This document shows positions 49,068 through 58,115 of a stretch of DNA of 64,000 nucleotides, in pieces. The notes beneath the pieces were generated by a model that had not been told where the DNA came from, ran no database searches, and saw only the letters and a list, made by a program, of their open reading frames with translations. Numbering within the stretch: the first letter of the stretch is position 1; each line of letters starts with the position of its first letter. The position numbers and the translations under genes are program-made. The DNA lies in contig JBGVPG010000019.1 of NCBI GenBank assembly GCA_045126855.1, positions 5,061 through 69,060 on the forward strand. Direction: 5' to 3'. This stretch comes from Eubacteriales bacterium (GTDB taxonomy: Bacteria > Bacillota > Clostridia > Oscillospirales > CAG-272).

Positions 49068-49713
49068 CTTCTGTCTCCTCCTTCAGTATTTTTTCGCCCT
49101 CGTCCGGTTCACCTTGGGCATTTTTCTTCGCCTTCACAAACATCCACGCCGCCATAGCGAAGATAAAGGCCTCAAGCACGAACATCAAAATCATCATTCC
49201 ACCGCCCTCGAGAGCTGAAGCAAACGCGGTGAGACCGTCTAAGTTCTTCACGTATCTGCCGATCAGATCATCTCCCTTTGCGGTGACCTTATCGTTTGCG
49301 GGGTTTGCATCCCCTCGGGTCACAAACTCGATTCCATTATCTCCGATAATAGGCGGTTCAACGACCCTATGAGTATTAGGCAATCCATAGATGGCATAGT
49401 CGGAGGAATAGAAGGTGATAACGTCATTTTCCTCCACCTCGTAGGGATCTACCTTTTTAATAAGTATATAGGATCCCTCGGGTATATCGGTCTCCATGCT
49501 TCCGCTGACGATCCTCATAACCGAATGACCAAAGATCATCGGAACCTCGCCGCGGAACTTCGCCCCGATTATGCTGAACATCAGCAGGGCAAGAGAGATC
49601 AGAACCATCCACCAAAGAATGCCAAGTGTTTTCTTTATAATGAGAGAACGCTTTTCACGATCTCTGAAAAGGTTTAATATCAGTTCTTTACCCTTTGAAC
49701 TGCATTTTGCCAT
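49045..49713 (-). CDS. sipW: Signal peptidase I, SipW/S26B type
   Basis: VSGSM catalytic Ser, THRV catalytic His, TRGDAN; N- and C-terminal TMs. Start uncertain. Confidence 0.85.
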   Translation of the reverse strand: MAKCSSKGKELILNLFRDREKRSLIIKKTLGILWWMVLISLALLMFSIIGAKFRGEVPMIFGHSVMRIVSGSMETDIPEGSYILIKKVDPYEVEENDVITFYSSDYAIYGLPNTHRVVEPPIIGDNGIEFVTRGDANPANDKVTAKGDDLIGRYVKNLDGLTAFASALEGGGMMILMFVLEAFIFAMAAWMFVKAKKNAQGEPDEGEKILKEETEGGKEQQD

Positions 49714-51476
49714 AGCTGAGAGTTTGGCAGGAATCTGCTCTCCTCCTCAAGTCTTATTTCAAGGGCCTCTATTCTCGACAGAATTCTCGGGTTATCCGAC
49801 TTCATATCGTAGAGTGCATCCAGAAGTCGCTTGGTAGCGTTGTAATTTACGAGCTTCTTGACGTTCATCAGGACGCTCTTTTTCTTTTTTCTCGGCAGGG
49901 CGAGATACTGGGCACGGGTGTAAGGCAGAAGGACCTGACCCTCGGCACCCTCCTCGTCTGCAAAGGCGAAGGGCGAACGCTTAGTGTCGGAGCTCATCAT
50001 ACGAACTCCCCTGTCGATAGCCGACTCGATCATCTCCGCCACAGTCTCATCGGACTCACCCGATGCGGCGATGGATGCGATCTCCTCGCTGATCTCCAGA
50101 GCGGCACGCTTCTGCTCCTCCTCTGCGATACGCTGTGCATCCTCCTCGGCAAGGCGTGCTGCCTCCTCGGCGGCGAGTCTTGCTCGCTCCTCCTCCTCGG
50201 CTCTTATGCGCTCTGCCTCAGCCTGACGCTCTGCCTCCTCGGCAGCAAGGCGAGCCTCTCTTGCAAGCCTGCGCTCCTCTGCCTCACGGCGAAGCATCTC
50301 GGCATTGATAAGCTCGTCGGCCTTGAGCGCCACGTCAATGGCCTCACGTATCTTTTTCTCATCCTCGGAAAGCTTCTTACGGTTACCGAGAAGACGCGAC
50401 ACGGGCACGGTCTTCTTGTACTCCGAGTCGTATACCAGGTAGTCCTGAAGCTCGTCTTCATCAAAGACGTCGTCATACTCGGGGAAGGTCTCGGAAATAT
50501 GCTTTTTGGTCATCACCCTGTTATCTTCGCCATCCTTAACTATACCGCTATAGAAGGCGAGATACTGCCAGGCAACCGAGGAATACATTCCGCCGACGTA
50601 ATCGGGGGAAGGCATATCTATCGTGTGGTCGGCAACGAAGGAATAGCCGACCTTGTCATAATTCTCAATGTATTCCCAGAGGTTAAGACACTCTCTGAGA
50701 TTTTTGTTTTTCAGAATCGCATTGGTTCTAATAACCGGAGGACGTATATAGTTTCTTCCCAGCTTCTGTGCGAAGGCAGAAGATCTGTAGGAAATAAGCG
50801 CCATATTTATCCTCTTGAGTCTGTTAAGAGCCTCTATATATCTCTCGCTAAGCTCTATATCCGCCTCGGTCATCTCCTTATCGAGAGGTGAGGTCAACTC
50901 AATGTGGAGATTGACCTTAGCGGAACTTTTACCGTCGTGGTCGGGAAGGTCATGATCAAATTCGGTGAGGTAGTCAAATTTGTAATTGGCCTCGACTCCG
51001 CTGCCCCCACTTAAGGCCTGGAGTCTCTTATCCACGAAGGCACAAAGGCGTGCAAGAAGTGTATTGATAAACCTGTTCTCATAGGTGAGGTAGGTCTCCT
51101 CGTGATATACGTTGAGTATCTTGGAGGGAGTGACCTCATCGTCGGTTGCGTTGAGAATCAGATTCGTGTGAGTTGCGAGGTGCTTAATAGACTTCTCGGT
51201 GATATGTCTCGAAAGCTCAATGGGCAGGATCTCGTCAACGTCCTCGATTGCAACCGAGGGGAAACGAATAATGGTATCAAGAGCGGGAATAGTCGCCTCA
51301 ATACGCTCGATCCACTCGATCTCGATGGTTCGGGAGATCTTGTTACGCTTCAGCGAGACGTTCGTATCTGCCGCGGCAACGATCATTTCGGCGTCGGCAA
51401 ATGGCTCGCATTCCTTGGCGAGCGTTCTGAACACGGAGAACGCCTTGTCTTTTAATTCTTCGTACTGTTTATTCAT
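49680..51476 (-). CDS. DUF2357 (McrC-N-like) protein with coiled-coil tail and no visible nuclease domain
   Basis: TYENRFINTLL motif; follows an McrB-like gene; C-terminal EEERARLAAEE coil. Confidence 0.75.
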   Translation of the reverse strand: MNKQYEELKDKAFSVFRTLAKECEPFADAEMIVAAADTNVSLKRNKISRTIEIEWIERIEATIPALDTIIRFPSVAIEDVDEILPIELSRHITEKSIKHLATHTNLILNATDDEVTPSKILNVYHEETYLTYENRFINTLLARLCAFVDKRLQALSGGSGVEANYKFDYLTEFDHDLPDHDGKSSAKVNLHIELTSPLDKEMTEADIELSERYIEALNRLKRINMALISYRSSAFAQKLGRNYIRPPVIRTNAILKNKNLRECLNLWEYIENYDKVGYSFVADHTIDMPSPDYVGGMYSSVAWQYLAFYSGIVKDGEDNRVMTKKHISETFPEYDDVFDEDELQDYLVYDSEYKKTVPVSRLLGNRKKLSEDEKKIREAIDVALKADELINAEMLRREAEERRLAREARLAAEEAERQAEAERIRAEEEERARLAAEEAARLAEEDAQRIAEEEQKRAALEISEEIASIAASGESDETVAEMIESAIDRGVRMMSSDTKRSPFAFADEEGAEGQVLLPYTRAQYLALPRKKKKSVLMNVKKLVNYNATKRLLDALYDMKSDNPRILSRIEALEIRLEEESRFLPNSQLWQNAVQRVKN

Positions 51477-51507
51477 TTTTCGGCTTCTCCTTGTCAGATT
51501 TAACTAA

Positions 51508-53049
51508 TTAATAGGTACGCTGAAGTCTCTCAAGGAACTCGATAGAGGACTTCATGGTGTCCTTACCAAAGAGGGTGTTAAGGTAGTTGATAAGACCCTT
51601 CAGCTCGTCGCGGATAAGCGAAAGGTTAAGGCTCTCGAACTTACGGAACACCTTGGTGGCAAGGATGTGGTCAATACCCTCAAGAACAGTACCGCCGCAA
51701 GCGACGTATACGGGAACGAACACCTTGAGCTGCTTCATAATACGGTTACCGAAGGCAACACGGAACTTTTTGATAACATAGTTATCAAGAGACTCGATCA
51801 TATCAAGATATTTCTGATCAACGGGGTAGTCCTCCTGTGCCTTATCAAAGAGGCTCTGGAGGTAGGAATAGCTGATCTTAACAGGTGCTGTGTCGGGGGC
51901 GTCGAAGGGAATACCCTTGTTATCAATATTAATGGTAAGCGCACGGTCGTAAACCTTATCCGAAACGGCGAAGGTCGTATCGTCGTTGTTCGCAGTACCG
52001 ATGTACCAAGCATTCTGAGGAATCAGAAGCTTACCGTCGGTAAGATGCTTGGGGTCGTTTGCCCAAGAGGAGGTAACAAGCTCGATCTTCCACTCGTCAC
52101 CGTCGGGCATTTCCATTATAGACAGCATCTCGGCGAAGTAGTACTCTACTCGCGCGATGTTAAGCTCGTCGAGGATGATGAGGTTAACGTCATCATTGTA
52201 GGACGCCTCGTAAATTCTTCTCAGAACGTCGGTCTCGTTAAACTTCTTCGAGAACTCGTTGAAGTAACCGAAAAGCTCGGTACGGTCACGCCAGGAGGGC
52301 TGAACCGAAACGATGGTAGAGTCGTTCTCCATAAACTTACCGAAGGCGTAAGGAAGCGAGGTTTTACCTGTACCCGAAATACCCTGAAGCAGCACCAGCT
52401 TCGTAGAAGCAAAGCCTGCAAAGAGAAGACGGATAACCTTCTCCTCGTAGTACAGACCCATACGGGAGTTTGCAAAGTTTCTGAACTCTGCGCAGATCTC
52501 CTCGAGAGTATAGTCCTTTCTGTACTCAGGTGCGGTATAGTAAAGATATTTCTGGTCGATAGCATCCAGCTTCGCAAATCTGGGAGGCAGATCGCCAATC
52601 TCCTCGGCGGTCTTTTCACCCTCCTCATCACCGTCGTGATCGTAAATATCATTAAGTATGTCGACGGGGATATTGGTATCACCTATCTTGAGAGCGAGAA
52701 TTCTCTCCTTCTCCTTTGTAAGACGCATAACGTCACGGTGAAGCTCGGCAACCTCCTCAAGAAGATCCTCGCTGCCAACGGCAGACTTACGGTATCTTAT
52801 GTACTTTCTTATGCCGAGGACTATGAGGAATACGACGATTGCCCAAATTGCTATGATCAGCAGGAAGGCAATTATCGCCAGTATCCAGTCGAGTGCCGTA
52901 AAGCCCTCTTTAAAAGCGCCAAACTGATTGAAATAATCGACTACGTTAAAGATCTGAACGATTCCGTTAAAGAATCCGCTGATGATCATCCAGATGCCGT
53001 CAATCATTGTGGTCAGAAAAGCAAAAAACCAATCAAGAAATGCTCCCAT
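51508..53049 (-). CDS. Membrane-anchored McrB-like AAA+ NTPase
   Basis: GISGTGKT Walker A, VQPSW...LFGYFN, ILDELNIARVEYYFA Walker B, GTANNDD (NxxD), SDKVYDRA; N-terminal amphipathic and TM helices. Confidence 0.88.
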   Translation of the reverse strand: MGAFLDWFFAFLTTMIDGIWMIISGFFNGIVQIFNVVDYFNQFGAFKEGFTALDWILAIIAFLLIIAIWAIVVFLIVLGIRKYIRYRKSAVGSEDLLEEVAELHRDVMRLTKEKERILALKIGDTNIPVDILNDIYDHDGDEEGEKTAEEIGDLPPRFAKLDAIDQKYLYYTAPEYRKDYTLEEICAEFRNFANSRMGLYYEEKVIRLLFAGFASTKLVLLQGISGTGKTSLPYAFGKFMENDSTIVSVQPSWRDRTELFGYFNEFSKKFNETDVLRRIYEASYNDDVNLIILDELNIARVEYYFAEMLSIMEMPDGDEWKIELVTSSWANDPKHLTDGKLLIPQNAWYIGTANNDDTTFAVSDKVYDRALTINIDNKGIPFDAPDTAPVKISYSYLQSLFDKAQEDYPVDQKYLDMIESLDNYVIKKFRVAFGNRIMKQLKVFVPVYVACGGTVLEGIDHILATKVFRKFESLNLSLIRDELKGLINYLNTLFGKDTMKSSIEFLERLQRTY

Positions 53050-53169
53050 TTCTTGTTTTCACCTCTCTTTCAGGTTTATAAAGTCAAAGCCCCTCGCCGT
53101 CAAAAAGGCATAGCTATCGCAAAAGATCGCGCGCACGTGCATGCGTGCGAAGGGGCGTAATTTTCAAAT

Positions 53170-53979
53170 TTAATTTTCGGAGCTTTCCTCTGTGGGCTCG
53201 GTCTCAGCCGACTTTGCCGCCTGAGCCGCAAGGTACTCCTCAACTGCGCGTCTCTTGATCTCCTCCTCAGCCTCAGCCTTAGCCTTTTCAGCCGCCTGAG
53301 CCGCAAGGAATTCCTCAATAGCACGCTTCTTAATCTCCTCCTCGGTCTCGGCAGCGTTTGCGGAAGCAAGCTTCTTGCGCTCTGCCATAAGAACGGTGAT
53401 GAAATTATAAAGCTCGTACAGGAAGAAGAGAATCAAGGGCAGAACTATGCAGAGGAAGAATCCGAGAGAGGAGGAAAGGAACTTAATCACGTTTCCAAGT
53501 CCAGGGAATACGTCGTCCTCTTCACAAACACCGATGATGTCGTCTACGTGTACGGTATAGGGGTTGTCACCAACGTTATCGGGATAGGGGTTGTGGTCAC
53601 CCTTTGTAACGAAGCTGAGCGTATCTCCCCTGCCCTCGTGAATACGGTGCGTATTAAGGTCGCCGGGTTTACCGTCGTTATCGATGTCGATAGACGTACG
53701 GAAGGTGATGATCTGACCCTCTTTGAGATTAAGCTTCTCATCTTTAGTCAGCTTGGTCATAATAACCATGTCACCCATGTTGTATGTTCCCGTCATGGAA
53801 GGAGATTCAATTGTGATGAAGCTCTTACCAAAGAGGGAAGGAACTCCGTCCTCGCTCTTCTGCGCGCCAAATACCATGGCGGTTATAACGAGGGACAGAA
53901 TGACGAACGCCCAAACCAGGACGTTACCAACGATGGACAAGATCTTTTTTACGTCCACCTTTTTTTCATTTGCATTCAT
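53170..53979 (-). CDS. sipW: Signal peptidase I, SipW/S26B type, with charged repeat tail
   Basis: ESPSM, THRI, TKGDHN; C-terminal EEEIKxRAxEExLAAQAA twice. Confidence 0.85.
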   Translation of the reverse strand: MNANEKKVDVKKILSIVGNVLVWAFVILSLVITAMVFGAQKSEDGVPSLFGKSFITIESPSMTGTYNMGDMVIMTKLTKDEKLNLKEGQIITFRTSIDIDNDGKPGDLNTHRIHEGRGDTLSFVTKGDHNPYPDNVGDNPYTVHVDDIIGVCEEDDVFPGLGNVIKFLSSSLGFFLCIVLPLILFFLYELYNFITVLMAERKKLASANAAETEEEIKKRAIEEFLAAQAAEKAKAEAEEEIKRRAVEEYLAAQAAKSAETEPTEESSEN

Positions 53980-54176
53980 TTAGCAGTCCTCACTTACTGT
54001 TGTCAATGCATTATATAAATATAAAATACAATTGATTTAAAATATTTTTATAATTCTTCTGCCGTCGCAGTATTACCTGCGACGGCATAGACTACCCCCT
54101 TGACCTCACATCAAAAGGGTATACTTATAGCTAAAAACGCGCGTTTTTAGGCCAAAATGTTAAGTTGTGTTTGCTT

Positions 54177-55550
54177 TTACTTCTCGTTATCTGCATAATA
54201 AGGCTTATCGATCTCGAAGTGAACATCAATCTTGTGACCGGAAATATCGAGAGAGTTGTATGTAGCAACAGCCTCATCAGTACCGTCATAGTAAACGTAC
54301 ATTTCAACAGTTACAACTTCACCGTTGTTGCCGATAAGATTTTCAAAGATAAGCTGAGAATCAGTGTAACCTTCTTCATTTGTGAACACACCGGTACGGT
54401 GGTTATAATGAATGACGGTGTGCGCATCCTCATCAGCATTGGTAGTAGCTACGAAGATGATACGAATAGCCTGAGTCAAAGAAGTTCCTGCGTCGGAACC
54501 AAGAATATCTACTTCGCTAATTCTAAGATCGGTTGCGTTCGCAGATCCCTGTGCCATTCTAAGATAGAAGGTATCATAGAGGTAATAGGGAGTGGTGCTG
54601 TGATCATACTCACCATCAGCAATAACACCGGTTATACGACCAGACTGTGCATCGGGATTAGAAAGATCAACGTTGTCGGAATAACCTCTATACCAATAGC
54701 CATCAAGGATTGGAGCTTTTTCACCAACAGCAGGTGCCTTGTGAGCCTTCACTGCATAGTAATGAGGGTAAACATCGCTATCGCTTCTTACACTTTCAAC
54801 ATAGAAGGTATCACCTTCATTAACGGAGATTGCACTCTTTTCAATAGTGTAATAACCATTAAGAGGGGATCCCTCGTCAAGACCGATAACGCGAATAAAT
54901 GCGCCATTTTCGTCCTTAGAGTAATACACCTTAGAAGAATCGTAAGTTCCTTCGGTACATGCTGCACCTTCCGAAATTGTGTAATAACCAAGGGGAGTTT
55001 CATCCTGCTGAAGTGTATAGGGAACGTAATCGTTATAAACCTTCTTGTAAAGATCTCCACTATAATCGGTAGATGTAATGGGAGTAGCAACAAGGCCATC
55101 ATAATAACCTGCAACAGACGAACCGCCGCGAAGTCTCTCATTTACGCAAATGTAATCATATTCACCGGTGTAGGTATCGTTTTCGGTAGTCTTAAGTACC
55201 TTTTCATAGTAGTACTTCTGCGTTTCTCCAGCCTTAGCAACTACAAAATAACCACTAGTGATCCTCGTTTCGTCAATTGCATAAGGAGTACCAAGTTCTT
55301 CACCAATATGACCGTAGTCAATGGGTCTCATAGCCTTCTTAGGAGTATCAGCAGTTATGGAGCCTGCTGCATAACCACTGCTTGCATTATTACTGATCTC
55401 AAGGAAGAGAGAATCAGAATATGCCTCGAACTGAATGCCCTCAACAGAAACGTCTGTGTTCATGGAGAACCAAGCGTAGGATGCAGAGCTAAGCATAATA
55501 GCCGATACAAGAAGCATTGCAAGAGACATTAAAATTCTTTTGTTCTTCAT
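54177..55550 (-). CDS. TasA-like secreted protein with SipW-type signal peptide and Tyr-rich insert
   Basis: Basic-hydrophobic N-terminus ending SSASYAWF; C-terminal VTVEMYVYYDGTD. Confidence 0.8.
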   Translation of the reverse strand: MKNKRILMSLAMLLVSAIMLSSASYAWFSMNTDVSVEGIQFEAYSDSLFLEISNNASSGYAAGSITADTPKKAMRPIDYGHIGEELGTPYAIDETRITSGYFVVAKAGETQKYYYEKVLKTTENDTYTGEYDYICVNERLRGGSSVAGYYDGLVATPITSTDYSGDLYKKVYNDYVPYTLQQDETPLGYYTISEGAACTEGTYDSSKVYYSKDENGAFIRVIGLDEGSPLNGYYTIEKSAISVNEGDTFYVESVRSDSDVYPHYYAVKAHKAPAVGEKAPILDGYWYRGYSDNVDLSNPDAQSGRITGVIADGEYDHSTTPYYLYDTFYLRMAQGSANATDLRISEVDILGSDAGTSLTQAIRIIFVATTNADEDAHTVIHYNHRTGVFTNEEGYTDSQLIFENLIGNNGEVVTVEMYVYYDGTDEAVATYNSLDISGHKIDVHFEIDKPYYADNEK

Positions 55551-55630
55551 ATCGTTTCCTTTTTCATTATTGCGCCACCCGTGCGCACAGGCGCACGAGT
55601 AGCTTTTTTAGATTAAATTAAACTGATAAA

Positions 55631-57109
55631 TTAGTTGTAAGTAAGCTCGTCGATTGCGAACTCGATCTCTACGGTCTGACCGTTAAGAACTGCGCCTGCA
55701 ACCTGCTTGTTGTTTGCATCAGCATCAGTACCGTCGAAGTAAATGTAAACCTGAACGGTGATCTTCTCCTGCTCATTACCAAGGAGAGTGCTGAAGAGGC
55801 GCTGAGACTCTGCCGAATTACCATTCTCGTTATCGTTCTCATGATCGTAAATATAGGTAACGAGAGTATCGGGATCATGCTCAGAGTATGCTACAAAGAG
55901 AACTCTGAGAGCGTTGGAAAGCTCGTTCTTTGCGCCACCGATTCTTACGTCCTCAATTCTAAGGTTAACAGCATTGTTAGTGCCCTTAGCCTGACGGAGG
56001 TAAAGAGTCTTTGCAAGGTAGTAGTTAGTAACCGCATTATCACCGGTTCCGTTAGGATTGATGATGTTAAGGGTGTTGTTCTCCTGAACAGCGTCAGGAT
56101 CGTTGGAGTATGCTCTGCCCCAGTAGAGGTAGTTTTCAAGAAGCTTATCTCTGGAAACAGTACCGATATAAGAGTAATCGGTGTAGAGAACGTTGTCCTC
56201 ATCATCCTTTACATCATTCTTGAGGTAGTATACGCTTTGACCGTCACCAGTTGCGCCTGCAACGGTTACAACACTATCCTCAGTAACAGTGTAGTAGCCC
56301 TTAAGCTCAGAACCAAGCTCAAGACCGGAAACAATTGCATACGCAGATGCGCCGGAGGTGTTAACCTTCTTGTAGTAGTAGCTAACGCCGTCATATGTGC
56401 TGTTGTCGGGGTTGGGGAAACCATTACCTCTTACATAGTAATTGGTAACGTTTTCGCTAGTAACAACAGAGGGATCAGCAACCGCCTCAAACTTTCCGCC
56501 ATTCTTCTGATAATAGGTAGCAGTAGAGCTGTAGGATGTAGCTGCATTGTAGTATACAGCAACGTAGCAACCCTTTGCAGACTGATTCCGGAGATCAGTA
56601 AGAGTATAGGTGTTCTTAGAGAAGGTATAGTAGGTATCATTGTTTGTTACAAGCTCATCGGAAGTAACAACAACGAATTCCATATCCTTATACATATCTG
56701 TAGTAGCGCTAGGCTCCTTAAGCTCATCGTTAGCGTAAGAGTAGTTAAGCTTGCTGCCGGCCTTGTCGCTATCTACTGCCTTGTAGTAAGTGCCTGTACC
56801 ATCGTAACGACCTTCGGTAACAGGGGTTGCGGTAATAGTTACGATCTCGCCATCCTTCATGAACTTAGGAGTTACGAGTCTGAGAAGACCGGATGCATCA
56901 TCCTCGAAGGTGGTATTAATGCCGAATGTGTTATCCTCATCACTGCTGATTTCAAGGAAGTTGGAATCAGAGTATGCCTCTACGGTAAGACCGTTTGCTA
57001 CAGAACGAGTGTTCATTGCGAACCACGCGTAAGTTGCAGTACCGAGCATAATTACGGAAACAAGCAACATCGCTGTAGCGGCAAGAATCTTGTTTGTTTT
57101 ACGTGTCAT
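55631..57109 (-). CDS. TasA-like secreted protein with SipW-type signal peptide and Tyr-rich insert
   Basis: GTATYAWF; C-terminal ITVQVYIYFDGTD; paralog of both neighbours. Confidence 0.8.
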   Translation of the reverse strand: MTRKTNKILAATAMLLVSVIMLGTATYAWFAMNTRSVANGLTVEAYSDSNFLEISSDEDNTFGINTTFEDDASGLLRLVTPKFMKDGEIVTITATPVTEGRYDGTGTYYKAVDSDKAGSKLNYSYANDELKEPSATTDMYKDMEFVVVTSDELVTNNDTYYTFSKNTYTLTDLRNQSAKGCYVAVYYNAATSYSSTATYYQKNGGKFEAVADPSVVTSENVTNYYVRGNGFPNPDNSTYDGVSYYYKKVNTSGASAYAIVSGLELGSELKGYYTVTEDSVVTVAGATGDGQSVYYLKNDVKDDEDNVLYTDYSYIGTVSRDKLLENYLYWGRAYSNDPDAVQENNTLNIINPNGTGDNAVTNYYLAKTLYLRQAKGTNNAVNLRIEDVRIGGAKNELSNALRVLFVAYSEHDPDTLVTYIYDHENDNENGNSAESQRLFSTLLGNEQEKITVQVYIYFDGTDADANNKQVAGAVLNGQTVEIEFAIDELTYN

Positions 57110-57136
57110 AATTTATTCTCCTTGTCTAAACAAAGT

Positions 57137-57877
57137 TTAGTTGGATACGTCGGTAACGTCAGCGGTAAAGGAAACGCTAATAGTGCTATCAGTGATAGAA
57201 GCAATACCGTTAGTGTTAACAGTAGTATGGTTACCATCATAGAAGATGTAAATGTCTACCTGAACAGTTGCGTTATTGGGAACAGTACCGAGATTTACAG
57301 TATCAAAACCATCGGTCGCGTAGGTGCTCACTGTATTAAGTGCGGTCTTGCCAGTGCTGGTTACGATAAGAACTTTGATAGCTTCGTCGCCGATATCATC
57401 GCCGTTCTTGATGCTAACCTTTGCTCTGAGATTCTCCATAGGGTTGGAACCGGCAGCAACTGCAAGATAATAGGTACCGGAGTATACGTAGTTAGCGAAG
57501 GTGTCATCTGCTGTAAGATATGTCTTGGCACCGGTGGATACAGAGCTATTAGCTGCATCAGCTACCTGATGATACCAAGTAGAGGGGTTTTTAAACTGCT
57601 CAAGAAGGTTGCCGGTATTCTTGGACTCATCATAAGCGATGGGAAGAAGGTCAGCCTTGTCATTGTTAACGTTAATGCTGATGAGCTTGTCAGCTCTGAT
57701 GGTGTCAAGGTTATTGGTGGTAGAGATCATAAGGAACGAAGAATCGGACTTGATACTTACGTTTACGTTCTCAACGGATACGGATTTGCTCATAGCAAAC
57801 CATGCGTAAGATGCGGTGCTCAGCATCACTGCGGAGATGATCAGCATCGCGAGTGCGGGGAGGATTGTCTTTTTCAT
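57137..57877 (-). CDS. TasA-like secreted protein, short core form
   Basis: STASYAWF; VQVDIYIFYDGNH. Confidence 0.8.
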   Translation of the reverse strand: MKKTILPALAMLIISAVMLSTASYAWFAMSKSVSVENVNVSIKSDSSFLMISTTNNLDTIRADKLISINVNNDKADLLPIAYDESKNTGNLLEQFKNPSTWYHQVADAANSSVSTGAKTYLTADDTFANYVYSGTYYLAVAAGSNPMENLRAKVSIKNGDDIGDEAIKVLIVTSTGKTALNTVSTYATDGFDTVNLGTVPNNATVQVDIYIFYDGNHTTVNTNGIASITDSTISVSFTADVTDVSN

Positions 57878-57984
57878 TTTTGCGTTTTTCTCCTTTTTTA
57901 TTTTTATTTTTTTGAAGATTATTTAAAATCTGCGGTAGTGGGGGCTACCGTAGGTTGTTAAACCGTGGTTAAAGTGTCTTTGGC

Positions 57985-58115
57985 ATTGCGTGAAGCCTCT
58001 CACACAACCCTATTCACTACGGCCATAGCCGTGTGTATTTCACGCTTACAAGGTAAGCATTTCAAGGCTGTGCCATTTCACTTGCCGAAGGCAAATTTCA
58101 TTGCGGCTCTGCCGC
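57985..58115. repeat. Ladder element 3 (half): ATTTCA(C/A/T) x4 each followed by a mini-hairpin
   Basis: atttcac-gcttac/gtaagc-atttcaa-ggc/gcc-atttcac-ttgcc/ggcaa-atttcat-gcggc/gccgc. Confidence 0.75.

Noticed and set aside
49680-53049. Ordinary McrBC restriction system
   Set aside because: No DNA-recognition or nuclease domain is visible, a TM anchor is present, and the context is a secretion/fibre operon; reported as a finding instead.
54177-57877. Sortase-dependent or type IV pilins
   Set aside because: No LPxTG motifs, sortase or class III (GFTLxE) signal peptides; YAWF signals plus SipW fit the TasA-like class.
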